Origin: Nitrospinota bacterium
GTDB lineage: Bacteria > Nitrospinota > Nitrospinia > Nitrospinales > VA-1
Assembly: GCA_027619975.1 (NCBI GenBank)
Contig: JAQCGX010000004.1
Location: forward strand, 25,508 to 89,507
Direction of reading: 5' to 3'
DNA: 64,000 nt
A program made the position numbers and the translations under genes. Below the pieces are notes generated by a model that had not been told where the DNA came from, made no database searches, and saw only the letters and a list, made by a program, of their open reading frames with translations. Shown here in pieces: positions 17,345 through 26,463 of this stretch; within the stretch, counting starts at the first letter, position 1; each line of letters begins with the position of its first letter.

Positions 17345-18169
17345 ATGGAAAAACCAAACATAGAAAAAATCGACCACCCCTACGCCAAAGAAAATGGCGT
17401 CGAATGGACCGAAGAAGCGTGGGAACGCGTCAAGCACGCTCCGGAATTTGTGCGTCCCGGTATCAAAAAGTTGATGGTACAAAGAACCGTCAAGCGCGGG
17501 TTCAAATATGTCACCTCTGATTTTCTGACCGAGATTCGCAACGAATCGATGATGCTGGTTTCCAAACGGGTCAAGCAGTTCGGATTTGAAGAACTGTCTA
17601 TGGGTGCTTTCGATCAGGCCAAAGAAAAAATGAAAGAAAGCCCCCGCAAGATCGAAGTGATCGAAGAGATTCAGGATTTTCTCGCCTTAAGAACCGAGAA
17701 AAAAGACGACATCATCGAAAAATTCAAAAACTATATGGACGTTGCCCCCACTTCAGGGATGCCCTGGAGCAAGGAAGCGTTGGCGAAAATGGAAAAAGTT
17801 CCGCCCTTCGTCCTCGGCATGGCCAAACAAACCATTGAAGGACGCGCCCGTGAACGCGGCGACAAAATGATCACCCCCGATATGATCGAAGAAGTGTTCA
17901 CCAGTATCATGCCTGCATCCGCTAAAGAAGCCATGGGCATGGAAGTGACGGAAGAAGACTTCAAACGCGACGCAGAAAAAGCCAATGAACCGGAACAACC
18001 CCCGGAGCTCACGCTGAACTGGGATGACGATGCGCTTGATAAAGTGAAACGCATTCCCATTGCCTTTATCCGTAATATGGCGATCAAGCGCATTGAGCAG
18101 GAAGTTGCCAAAGAAGGAAAAGAAGTCGTTACCGAAGAATTATTTCAGAAATATCGATTCACCTTTTAA
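17345..18169 (+). CDS. protein with three PCP_red (protochlorophyllide reductase B C-terminal-like) repeats
   Basis: 274 aa. Three modules are WTEEAWERVKHAPEFVRPGIKKLMVQRTVKRGFKYVTSDF, PWSKEALAKMEKVPPFVLGMAKQTIEGRARERGDKMITPDM and NWDDDALDKVKRIPIAFIRNMAIKRIEQEVAKEGKEVVTEE. Confidence 0.6.
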   Translation: MEKPNIEKIDHPYAKENGVEWTEEAWERVKHAPEFVRPGIKKLMVQRTVKRGFKYVTSDFLTEIRNESMMLVSKRVKQFGFEELSMGAFDQAKEKMKESPRKIEVIEEIQDFLALRTEKKDDIIEKFKNYMDVAPTSGMPWSKEALAKMEKVPPFVLGMAKQTIEGRARERGDKMITPDMIEEVFTSIMPASAKEAMGMEVTEEDFKRDAEKANEPEQPPELTLNWDDDALDKVKRIPIAFIRNMAIKRIEQEVAKEGKEVVTEELFQKYRFTF

Positions 18170-18182
18170 CTCCAAGGTTTTT

Positions 18183-18308
18183 ATGACTCTCACTACAGAT
18201 TGGATCGTTCCCATTGGTATGGGCATTTTAGCAAGTATTATCGTATTTTTGACGAAAAGCCCTAAACCGGTTCCCATCCGCATCAAGGCTGACCGCAAGC
18301 GAAAATAA
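18183..18308 (+). CDS. possible small membrane protein (41 aa)
   Basis: MTLTTDWIVPIGMGILASIIVFLTKSPKPVPIRIKADRKRK has one TM helix plus a basic tail and starts 14 nt after the PCP_red stop. The SD is weak. Confidence 0.25.
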   Translation: MTLTTDWIVPIGMGILASIIVFLTKSPKPVPIRIKADRKRK

Positions 18309-18327
18309 TTCGTTCGGCAGGTGTGCT

Positions 18328-19077
18328 TTACATTCCGGTGGGATAATCGAGGAATTCCGTTTGCAGATTGAATTTTTCTTCGAGGTGGCGGCCCACCGCC
18401 TTCACGCCTCCGGTTTCCGTGGCGTAATGGCCCGCCAGCATGAGAACACAGCCGCCCTCTATGGCCTCATGAAAGTGATGATTTTCGCCTTCCCCCGTTA
18501 TGTAGCAATCCAGCTTTTCCTCCTTGGCCTGACGCAGAATATCCGCCGCTCCGCCTGTCACCAACCCGACCGTTTGCACCTCGCCCTTGCCGATGACTTT
18601 GACAACAGCTCCTAATTGGGTTTCCAGCAGTTGCCCTAACGCATCGGCGGATTGCGGCGCGATGCGACCCTTCAAGCCGATTTTTTCGCCGTTGTATTCG
18701 CCAAAAGGTTCCAGATGCTTAAGCCCGATGAGGTCCGCGAGGGTGCGATTGTTGCCGAGCACCGGGTGCATGTCCAGAGGGAGATGCGCGGAATACAACC
18801 CCAGGTTGGCGCGGAATAGGGCCGCCAGTTTGTCGTATAAACTGCCGCGAATGGGCTGTACACCGGCCCAAAACATCCCATGATGAACGAACATCATGTT
18901 ACAATTTTTATCGACCGCTAAATCTATGGTCGCCTGGCACAGGTCAACGGCAAGCCCGATTTTTTTGATTTCCCCAATGTTTTGTACCTGGAGCCCGTTG
19001 ACGGCGTTGGGCGAGTCCTTTATGGACTTGATATCCAGTAAATCATCGAGATAATGGCTGAGTTGTAGAATGTCCAT
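18328..19077 (-). CDS. Nif3-like dinuclear metal center protein (GTP cyclohydrolase 1 type 2 homologue)
   Basis: 249 aa. ...NGLQVQN...MMFVHHGMFW...HLPLDMHP...AGHYATE pattern of the NIF3/YbgI family. Confidence 0.85.
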   Translation of the reverse strand: MDILQLSHYLDDLLDIKSIKDSPNAVNGLQVQNIGEIKKIGLAVDLCQATIDLAVDKNCNMMFVHHGMFWAGVQPIRGSLYDKLAALFRANLGLYSAHLPLDMHPVLGNNRTLADLIGLKHLEPFGEYNGEKIGLKGRIAPQSADALGQLLETQLGAVVKVIGKGEVQTVGLVTGGAADILRQAKEEKLDCYITGEGENHHFHEAIEGGCVLMLAGHYATETGGVKAVGRHLEEKFNLQTEFLDYPTGM

Positions 19078-19142
19078 AGCCGTGAGTATAGCGAAGAAAT
19101 TCTAAGAGGGAATCTAAAATTTTTCATAAAAAGTTTAAAAAC

Positions 19143-19464
19143 TGTCACCCTGAGCCTGTCGAAGGGTGGTAATAGTCGTAACCTGGGTTTTAGCATTTCT
19201 TTTTTCCAAAGAATAAATGATCCCCGCCCCAAGGGGCGGGGTATTTAAAGGTAGTTTTTTTTATAACCTCCCCTAACCCCTCCTTGCAAAGGAGGGGAAT
19301 GTGAAAGGAAACCCCGTAGCAGAGCTACGAGGAATTCTTTTGATTAAAGGATGGTCACGAAAGAAAAAGGAAGCCCTGATAAAGGAAAATTTTGATTTGC
19401 TATCAAAATTATCGAAAAATAAAACTGATAGTTTAGATCCCCCTTCGACAAGCTCAGGGTGACA
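19143..19464. repeat. hairpin-rich repeat block bounded by inverted GTCACCCTGAGC...TCGAAGGG arms
   Basis: TGTCACCCTGAGCCTGTCGAAGGG (19143-19166) pairs with CCCTTCGACAAGCTCAGGGTGACA (19441-19464). Internal perfect hairpins are CCCCGCCCC-AA-GGGGCGGGG (19222-19241), CCCCTCC-TTGCAAA-GGAGGGG (19277-19297) and CGTAGC-AGA-GCTACG (19315-19329). Confidence 0.7.
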
Positions 19465-19473
19465 ATAACGAAA

Positions 19474-20436
19474 ATGACCAACTTTATTTTAAGAAACACT
19501 TTCAAAAAATTCATATCGTTGATCCTTATTTCGATCATCTCCCACGCTATGGTGCATCTGGCGCCGGGCGAGCCCAGCCTGGTCGATCCCTCCAATCCGC
19601 GCATGAAGGCGGAAGACATCCAGCGCATCCGCGCGGCATTTCATCTGGACGAGCCTTTGCACATCCAGTACGTGTATTGGATCAAAGATCTTTTCACCGG
19701 CGAACTCAAATCGTTTAAAGACAACCAACCGGTGCTTGGGAAAATATGGGACCGGTTCCTCAATTCCCTGCCGTTGTTCATCCTGGCCACGTTGATCACC
19801 TGGTTGCTGGCCTTTCCCGTGGGCATTCAAGCCGCCATTCACCGCGGGTCGCTGTTTGATAAAACCAGCACTTTTCTGTCTTACGCGATGATTTCCATCC
19901 CCGGTTTTTTTCTTTCTTATATGGTCATCATTTTTATGGTCAAAACTTTTGATGTGCCGGTAATCGGCATGCGCACCTTTGGCCTGGAGAACTCTCCTTT
20001 GTTGCTTCAGTCGATGGACCGAATATGGCACCTGACCATTCCCGCATTAATGTCCGCAGTTGGCGGAATCGCCGTTCTTTCCCGCTATGCCCGTTCGCAA
20101 ATGCTGGAAGTCATCAATCAGGATTACATCCGCACCGCACGGTCGGTGGGCTGGTCCAACGATGTGGTCATTTACCGCCATGGATTAAGAAACGCTCTGC
20201 TACCATTTATCACTCTGTTTGGTTTGACGATTCCCGGTTTGATCGGCGGGTCGGTCATTTTTGAAACCATTTTTGCCTGGCCGGGTATGGGTCGGTTGGG
20301 CTACGATGCCATTTTGTCCCGCGATTTTCCGGTGATCTTAACCCTCACTTTTATTTCCGCCATCCTGGTGCAAGCTGGAAACTTTGTTGCAGACATTTTA
20401 TATGCGGTGGTCGATCCTCGCATAAAATTAGGATGA
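19474..20436 (+). CDS. ABC transporter permease (OppB/DppB type)
   Basis: The start is taken at ATG 19474 (MTNFILRN...); the track's GTG 19459 lies in the repeat arm. Typical peptide/nickel permease sequence, ...YIRTARSVGWSNDVVIYRHGLRNALLP... Confidence 0.85.
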   Translation: MTNFILRNTFKKFISLILISIISHAMVHLAPGEPSLVDPSNPRMKAEDIQRIRAAFHLDEPLHIQYVYWIKDLFTGELKSFKDNQPVLGKIWDRFLNSLPLFILATLITWLLAFPVGIQAAIHRGSLFDKTSTFLSYAMISIPGFFLSYMVIIFMVKTFDVPVIGMRTFGLENSPLLLQSMDRIWHLTIPALMSAVGGIAVLSRYARSQMLEVINQDYIRTARSVGWSNDVVIYRHGLRNALLPFITLFGLTIPGLIGGSVIFETIFAWPGMGRLGYDAILSRDFPVILTLTFISAILVQAGNFVADILYAVVDPRIKLG

Positions 20437-20443
20437 GTCCTTT

Positions 20444-21415
20444 ATGAATCAGCAAGCCCAAATCATAGAAGCCGATTTCATGCCTCCGCAGATGGGGCTT
20501 TTTCAGGAAAACTGGAAAATTTTCAAACGCAACCGCATGGCGCATTTGAGTTTCATTTTCCTGGCGGTGTTGCTGGTGTTTGCGATTCTTGGAAAAGTAT
20601 TGACCCATTATATTGTGGTATTCGATCCCCATGTGGTGCGGCTTTCGGAGAAATTTCTGCCTCCGTTCACGCCTTTCACCAGCGAAATCACTCCTAAGGA
20701 CGATGCCCCGGCTTTTAACATTTATTTGTTGGGAACAGATGAACTGGGCCGCGATGTGTTTGCCCGCATGCTGGAAGGGACTTCCGTGTCGCTGACCATT
20801 GGATTTGTGGCTGTCGGCATTTCCATTACGGTGGGCGTATTTTTTGGCGGTCTGGCAGGATATTATGGCCGCGTCAAGTTGGGCTTCATTACCGTCGACA
20901 CGCTCATTATGGAGTTTGTGGATATGATGCTCAGCTTCCCCACATTCTTCTTAATTTTAGCCGCTGTAGCGCTTTTACCGCCGAGTATTTACACTATCAT
21001 GATCATCATCGGACTGACCAGCTGGATGGGGACGGCACGCTTTGTACGGGCCGAATTTCTCTCGTTGCGGGAGCTGGACTACGTGGCGGCGGCCAAGAGC
21101 CAGGCGATTCCCGAATGGCGGATTATTTTCATCCACATGCTACCGAACGCCATGGCTCCGGTATTGGTTTCGGCAACCATCGGCGTGGCGTCCGCCATTC
21201 TCACTGAATCGTCCTTGAGCTTTCTCGGGTTCGGCGTGCAACCGCCGGACGCCACCTGGGGAAATATCATGGCAGATGCCAAGAATTTTATTTTTGATGC
21301 CCCCTGGCTGACGTTCATCCCTGGCATCAGTATCCTCATTGTGGTGCTGGCGTTTAACCTGTGCGGCGAAGGGTTGCGCGAAGCGTTCAACCCCAGACTG
21401 CGTGAAACCCGGTGA
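20444..21415 (+). CDS. ABC transporter permease (OppC/DppC type)
   Basis: 323 aa. LGTDELGRDVFARMLEGTSVSL and ...AAKSQAIPEWRIIFIHMLPNAMAPVLV are typical of OppC/DppC. Confidence 0.85.
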   Translation: MNQQAQIIEADFMPPQMGLFQENWKIFKRNRMAHLSFIFLAVLLVFAILGKVLTHYIVVFDPHVVRLSEKFLPPFTPFTSEITPKDDAPAFNIYLLGTDELGRDVFARMLEGTSVSLTIGFVAVGISITVGVFFGGLAGYYGRVKLGFITVDTLIMEFVDMMLSFPTFFLILAAVALLPPSIYTIMIIIGLTSWMGTARFVRAEFLSLRELDYVAAAKSQAIPEWRIIFIHMLPNAMAPVLVSATIGVASAILTESSLSFLGFGVQPPDATWGNIMADAKNFIFDAPWLTFIPGISILIVVLAFNLCGEGLREAFNPRLRETR

Positions 21416-21428
21416 CCATCCACTCCTC

Positions 21429-23384
21429 ATGATTTATCTGCAAAGCCTTAACAAACAGTACTGTAGAAAAATTCTCTTCAAGGATGTGAATTTCCATCTG
21501 CGCCCCAGCGAAAAAATTGGACTGGTGGGTGAAAACGGCATGGGCAAAACCACGCTATTTCGAATTTTCACGGGAACGGAATCTGCCGATTCAGGAAAAG
21601 TGGTGCTCAGAAAAAACGCACGCATCGCGCTGCTGGCCCAGGAAATCGTCAGCAGCGGTGAATCCATTCTGGAGCGCGTGGTGATGGGCGACGAACACTT
21701 TGCCCAGGTGCAACGCAATATGAATTCACTGGAAAACAACACCCACCTGCACGAGAACTCCCCTGATGAATGGGGCCGAAAATACGGGGCTCTTCAGCAC
21801 GAGTTTGAACGGTTGGGAGGCTACGAACGGGAGGCCAGGGCGAAGACGATTTTATCCGGGCTGGGATTCAAATCGGATCAATGGGAAAAACCCATGGAAG
21901 AATTTTCCGGCGGCTGGCGCATGCGGGTGGAACTTGCCAAGCTGTTGCTCCAAAACCCCGACGTTCTGCTGCTCGACGAACCCACCAACCACCTGGATCT
22001 CAGATCGGTCATCTGGCTGGAGTCGTTTTTAAAATCTTATGAAGGCAGCATGGTTCTCATCTCTCACGACCGGCGCTTTTTAAACAGCATCGTCGAAAAC
22101 ATCGCAGAACTCGACCAGGGAACGCTGACCCGCTATGCCGGCAATTACGACGCTTTTGAAGCGCAGAAAAAATCCCGCCTGGAACAACTGGAAGCGGCGG
22201 CGACGAACCAGCAGAAAAAAATCGCCGAAACCGAAAAATTTATTGAGCGTTTTCGCGCTAAAAACACCAAGGCCGCGCAGGTGCAAAGCCGCATCAAAAT
22301 ACTCAACAAGATGGAACGGGTAGAGACCGGAACACAAACCAAAACCATCCACTTCCGCTTTCCACAACCTGCCCGCACAGGCAGAATGGTGATCGAGCTA
22401 ACGGATATCGACAAGAGCTACGGTCCGATTCAGGTTTACAAAGATTTCTCCGCCCGCCTGGAACGGGGCTGGAAAGTGGCGCTGGTGGGCGAAAACGGAG
22501 CGGGAAAATCGACCCTGCTCAAACTCATGGCTGGAATCATCCAATGTGAAAAAGGCAAAATCAGCCTGGGCGCCAACGTCACTCAAGCTTACTATGCCCA
22601 GCACCATTCAGAAGCGCTGGACCCCAAGCACACCGTACTGGAGTCGTTGGAAGAGACCGCCGGGCATTTACTGCGCACGGAGAAACACAATATCCTGGGA
22701 GCCTTTTTATTTTCCGGCGACGATGTGGAAAAAAAAGTCGGGGTGCTGTCAGGCGGCGAACGCTCGCGCCTGGCCCTGGCGCGGATATTGTCCAACCCTG
22801 CCACTTTTCTTCTGTTGGACGAACCCACCAACCATCTTGACATGCGTTCCACCGAGTTTCTGGCGGCGGCTCTTGCCGAGTTCGAGGGCAGCTTGTGCAC
22901 GATTTCCCACGATCGCTATTTCCTCGATGGCATCATCAACCGGGTCTGGGAAATAGAGAATCAAACGGTCAAGGAATATGTCGGAAACTACAGCGACTAC
23001 GAATATTATAAATCCCAGGAAGTAGAAAGTGCTGCGGACGCGGCCCTTGCCAAGGGGGCAAAAGTAAATCATACCGTTTCCCAGCATGATAAGAATCGCA
23101 AACGCAAGGAAGCCTCAGAAAGAAACGAGCGGCACCGCCAAATCAAACCGCTTAAAGCCAAGTTGGAAAAGGTCGAAAAACGCCTGGAGCAAGTGATGGA
23201 AGAAAAAAGCATTGCCGAGCAGGAACTTTCCGATCCCGCAATTCATCAGGACGATCAGAAAGACCGTCTGTTGAAAACTTTGAAACTGCAAAGTGATCTG
23301 GCCCGTGAAGAGGACGGACTCATGAAGGAATGGGACCAACTTCATACCGCCGTTGAACAGGCATCTACGGAATCTATAATATAG
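21429..23384 (+). CDS. ABC-F family ATPase (two ABC domains, no TMD)
   Basis: The start is taken at ATG 21429 (MIYLQSLNK...); the track extension overlaps the permease. Two Walker A motifs (GENGMGKTT, GENGAGKST), two LSGG signatures, and a C-terminal coiled coil. Confidence 0.85.
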   Translation: MIYLQSLNKQYCRKILFKDVNFHLRPSEKIGLVGENGMGKTTLFRIFTGTESADSGKVVLRKNARIALLAQEIVSSGESILERVVMGDEHFAQVQRNMNSLENNTHLHENSPDEWGRKYGALQHEFERLGGYEREARAKTILSGLGFKSDQWEKPMEEFSGGWRMRVELAKLLLQNPDVLLLDEPTNHLDLRSVIWLESFLKSYEGSMVLISHDRRFLNSIVENIAELDQGTLTRYAGNYDAFEAQKKSRLEQLEAAATNQQKKIAETEKFIERFRAKNTKAAQVQSRIKILNKMERVETGTQTKTIHFRFPQPARTGRMVIELTDIDKSYGPIQVYKDFSARLERGWKVALVGENGAGKSTLLKLMAGIIQCEKGKISLGANVTQAYYAQHHSEALDPKHTVLESLEETAGHLLRTEKHNILGAFLFSGDDVEKKVGVLSGGERSRLALARILSNPATFLLLDEPTNHLDMRSTEFLAAALAEFEGSLCTISHDRYFLDGIINRVWEIENQTVKEYVGNYSDYEYYKSQEVESAADAALAKGAKVNHTVSQHDKNRKRKEASERNERHRQIKPLKAKLEKVEKRLEQVMEEKSIAEQELSDPAIHQDDQKDRLLKTLKLQSDLAREEDGLMKEWDQLHTAVEQASTESII

Positions 23385-23422
23385 TGGGTCGAACAGTAAC
23401 ATTCGTCAACTGATCTGGGATC

Positions 23423-23971
23423 ATGATCGCAACAATTCTTTCCACATTAGTGATAGGTTTTTTCCTGCTGCTATTCGCCATGGTGGTGTTTCCAGCATTT
23501 TTCGGGTCCCCTTGGCACCCATTGATGCCGGGCACAATCAAGGAAATCCTTGAGTTTTCGGCCATCCAGCCGGGAGAAAAAATCTACGATCTGGGATCAG
23601 GAGACGGGAGGGTGTTGATACAGGCGGCCCGTGATTATGAGGCGGTTGGGATGGGGTTGGAAATCGACCCTTTGAAAGTCTGGGTTGCCAGAAAATTGGC
23701 CCGCATGGCGGGGGTTTCCGACCGTGTTCAATTTCTTCGTAAAAACTTCAACGATTTTGATTTCCGCGATGCGGACATCCTTTACGTTTATTTAACCCAT
23801 CAAGCGCTGGACCGCTTGTTCCCCAGAATCCTGCCTTATTTGAAACCCTCCACCCGCATCGTGTCTTACCGGTTTTGCCTGCGCAACCTGCAACCCTGCA
23901 AAATTAATAAAAAACAAAATCTTTTTATGTACCGGCTGGATAAGGGGATGAAAGTGGATGGCTATTCATAA
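23423..23971 (+). CDS. class I SAM-dependent methyltransferase with N-terminal TM helix
   Basis: 182 aa with motif I IYDLGSGDGRVLIQAA. The TAA stop lies inside the MITE-C target-site duplication. Confidence 0.7.
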   Translation: MIATILSTLVIGFFLLLFAMVVFPAFFGSPWHPLMPGTIKEILEFSAIQPGEKIYDLGSGDGRVLIQAARDYEAVGMGLEIDPLKVWVARKLARMAGVSDRVQFLRKNFNDFDFRDADILYVYLTHQALDRLFPRILPYLKPSTRIVSYRFCLRNLQPCKINKKQNLFMYRLDKGMKVDGYS

Positions 23972-24340
23972 GGGCACTTCTAAAAATTGACAACGGCACC
24001 GAATCGCCAGCTCAAAGAAGCGTCTTTTGTTTTAGTAGGACAGGCTTTCCAGCCTGTCCGCACGGGCTGGAAAGCCCGTGCCACTGATTTAAGAAACTTT
24101 TGCACACGATTCTATTTTCTGTGAAAACTAATTTTTAGCAGGTTGCTGAAAAACTATTTTTTCTACTCGCAACTGTCACACTGAGCTTGTGATATTCGAC
24201 AATTGCCTTCATGCCCCAGAGGGGTATGTCGAAGTGTGAAAACAGCCCTTATTATTAAGGTCATACTTCGACAAGCTCAGTGTGACAACAGTGGAAACCC
24301 TCGTGGATGGGACTTTTTCAGCAACCTGTTAGAGATACCC
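23972..24340 (+). mobile_element. MITE copy C (175-bp element carrying a 190-bp nested element)
   Basis: GGGCACTTCTAAAAATT ... TTAGAGATACCC, flanked by ATAA (23968-23971) and ATAA (24341-24344). Arithmetic: 369 - 190 - 4 = 175 bp, identical to copy E. Confidence 0.85.
24139..24328. mobile_element. second, unrelated MITE nested in the right TIR of copy C
   Basis: 15-bp TIR CAGGTTGCTGAAAAA ... TTTTTCAGCAACCTG, flanked by TTAG (24135-24138) and TTAG (24329-24332). Removing the element and one TTAG restores AATTTTTAGAGATACCC. There is an internal IR TGTCACACTGAGCTTGT / ACAAGCTCAGTGTGACA. Confidence 0.8.
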
Positions 24341-24438
24341 ATAAAAAAGAATTCAGAAGATGAGAGCGAGAAAAAATTTCAATATAAAATTTTACTCTTC
24401 CTTAAAAGTATTCTCGATTCTAACTTCTTCTTTCTTCT

Positions 24439-26463
24439 TTATTCTACTTTAACCAATCCTTCCCAGACATAGGCCAACTGATCCCCTGATTTCACAACCA
24501 ACCACGGTTTATCATTAAAAAGCACTTTGGTTCGCCTGACCAGGGCTAACCGATCGCCTTTATTGGCTTTTCCCATTTCCGGGAAAACCGCGCCGGGGCC
24601 TTGTTTCAAGGAAACTCCGTCGATCAACACGCGGACAAATCCCCCTCCGGCTGTCGGTTGCGGAGGACTTTGCACTATTGGGGCCTGAGGCGCCGCAATT
24701 TCAGCCGGGGGAGTGGGAACAGGAACAGTCACCGGGGCTGGAGTCACCACCGGAGCCGGGGGGGGCAAGTCGGCGACTTTCGGAGTCACCGGGGGTTCCA
24801 AGCTCGCCACTTGCGGGTTCTCAATAATTTCAGGTTGGGTGATTTTTGGAACTTCCGGAGTCACCGTCTGCGGTTGCGCCGGCTTTTCAAGAGCAGGTGG
24901 ATTCGTTTCAGGGGAAGTCACCACCGATGCAACGGAGGCTGTTTTGCCGAATTTCACAAAAACGGGATTCGAAACAAGATGATCTACCGGGCTGACGATG
25001 ACATTCAACCGATAATAAGCCGGCCCGCTCATATCCACCTGGGAATCAATCATTTTAAGTTCATAGGGGAGAACAACACTTTCCCGCTTGATCACCGTTC
25101 CATTACGGATGAGAAACACTTTGGCTCTTTTTTCATTCCCATCCGTAGAATGAATTTTCACAGAAATCTCGGGGAATGCGGTAGCGACCAGTTGCTCACC
25201 TAAAGTGGCTATTTTCCCGGAATCAACATCCTTGACAACAAATTCGTCCAGGGAGAGGCGATGCGGACCCGGTTGACGCACCGCGTACATTCGGCCAGTA
25301 CGCATCGCATCCAGCACCGCATCCTGTTGTTTTTCGCGAACCAGGAAAATGGTTCGCACCGCTCCCAAAATAGGTCCGGATTCTCCTGCACATTGAAAAT
25401 CATTCGTTCCATATCCCCAAACCGGCTGTTGTCTCTCCCCGCGAACGTACTGCATCAACACATGATCCCAGACATTTCCAGGCTCGGTTAACGAGACGGG
25501 CCCATCTGCGACTGCCTGGAACCCCGTATAATTTTGAGACAACACAAGATCTTCAGGGTGCGGCTGTGTATCCAGTTGGATCGTTCCCCATTGTCTCTTG
25601 CCATTGACGGCCTCGACATCATTCCAAAACACCATCGCCCCTTTAGAAATGGCATAATCAATCACCTCCTGATAAGGGGCGACGCCCCGATCCTCATGAT
25701 ATTGATCAAATAACGAACTTCTAAAGGGATGATTATTGAATATCAATAATACAAAAAAAACAGCCAGCGGAAGGGTCGCTTTCCGGTAATAGCCCTTAAA
25801 AAACATCGACAAAGCGATGGCTAAAAGAAAACCATACCCGATGACAGAGTTTTGCAATTTGCCCGCATACTTCGTCGAAAAATTACTGTCGAGAACGGGA
25901 AGCTGCTCGAAGTCTTCCCCATACTTCAACCCGATAATGGAAAGGCGCTTGTCCCAGTTGTGGGCCACCAGATTTTTCTTAAAAACATTCCCTGTCCAGT
26001 AATAAAAAGGAGAAACATCGGTACCTGGAATCAGCAGAGTTTCACGAAATTGCTTGTTTTTATTTCTAATATTGGACAAGTAAACATTGGAACTGGTGCT
26101 GAGGATGGAGGGCCCCGCATTGGTCTTTTTAATAATGCGTTTTAAAGGGAAAATTCCGTATTGGATGGAATTTCTCACCTGGTCGTTGAAAATAACTATG
26201 TCCAGCCCCGCTTGTTCTGCCATCGTGGCGGTTTCCTGGAGGTTCGCGCATCCCGAGCTGTATTTGGTTTTTATATCCGCGACTCCATCCAGCTGAAGAT
26301 ATTTGCCAAAAGCCGGATTGGAAGCAAACAAGACCAACCCTATGACGAACAGACCCAAAGCATGGGTAGGACGGAGAATTAGGCTCACTCGGGTCAAAAG
26401 GCGTAAAGCATTCAGCCCGCTTTTTGAACCCTTCGATATTTGGGGACCGGTTTCATTCATCAT
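24439..26463 (-). CDS. membrane-anchored hypothetical protein with Pro-rich linker and C-terminal SH3-like domain
   Basis: 674 aa. N-terminal TM helix, large unrecognised domain, P/V/T-rich segment (…PPAPVVTPAPVTVPVPTPPAE…), and a terminal ~65 aa resembling bacterial SH3 (…KGDRLALVRRTKVLFNDKPWLVVKSGDQLAYVWEGLV). Confidence 0.6.
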   Translation of the reverse strand: MMNETGPQISKGSKSGLNALRLLTRVSLILRPTHALGLFVIGLVLFASNPAFGKYLQLDGVADIKTKYSSGCANLQETATMAEQAGLDIVIFNDQVRNSIQYGIFPLKRIIKKTNAGPSILSTSSNVYLSNIRNKNKQFRETLLIPGTDVSPFYYWTGNVFKKNLVAHNWDKRLSIIGLKYGEDFEQLPVLDSNFSTKYAGKLQNSVIGYGFLLAIALSMFFKGYYRKATLPLAVFFVLLIFNNHPFRSSLFDQYHEDRGVAPYQEVIDYAISKGAMVFWNDVEAVNGKRQWGTIQLDTQPHPEDLVLSQNYTGFQAVADGPVSLTEPGNVWDHVLMQYVRGERQQPVWGYGTNDFQCAGESGPILGAVRTIFLVREKQQDAVLDAMRTGRMYAVRQPGPHRLSLDEFVVKDVDSGKIATLGEQLVATAFPEISVKIHSTDGNEKRAKVFLIRNGTVIKRESVVLPYELKMIDSQVDMSGPAYYRLNVIVSPVDHLVSNPVFVKFGKTASVASVVTSPETNPPALEKPAQPQTVTPEVPKITQPEIIENPQVASLEPPVTPKVADLPPPAPVVTPAPVTVPVPTPPAEIAAPQAPIVQSPPQPTAGGGFVRVLIDGVSLKQGPGAVFPEMGKANKGDRLALVRRTKVLFNDKPWLVVKSGDQLAYVWEGLVKVE

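Noticed and set aside
19020-19628. Track ORFs 19020..19232 and 19344..19628
   Set aside because: They are translations of the hairpin/repeat block, for example ...VTLSLSKGDL... from the GTCACCCTGAGC arm, and are not genes.
21339-21428. N-terminal extension of the ABC-F ORF
   Set aside because: It overlaps the 3' end of the permease gene. The conserved ABC-F N-terminus (MIYLQSLNK...) begins at ATG 21429.
24203-24472. 89-aa plus-strand ORF
   Set aside because: It starts inside the nested MITE, runs through the MITE terminus, and overlaps the 3' end of the 674-aa gene on the other strand.
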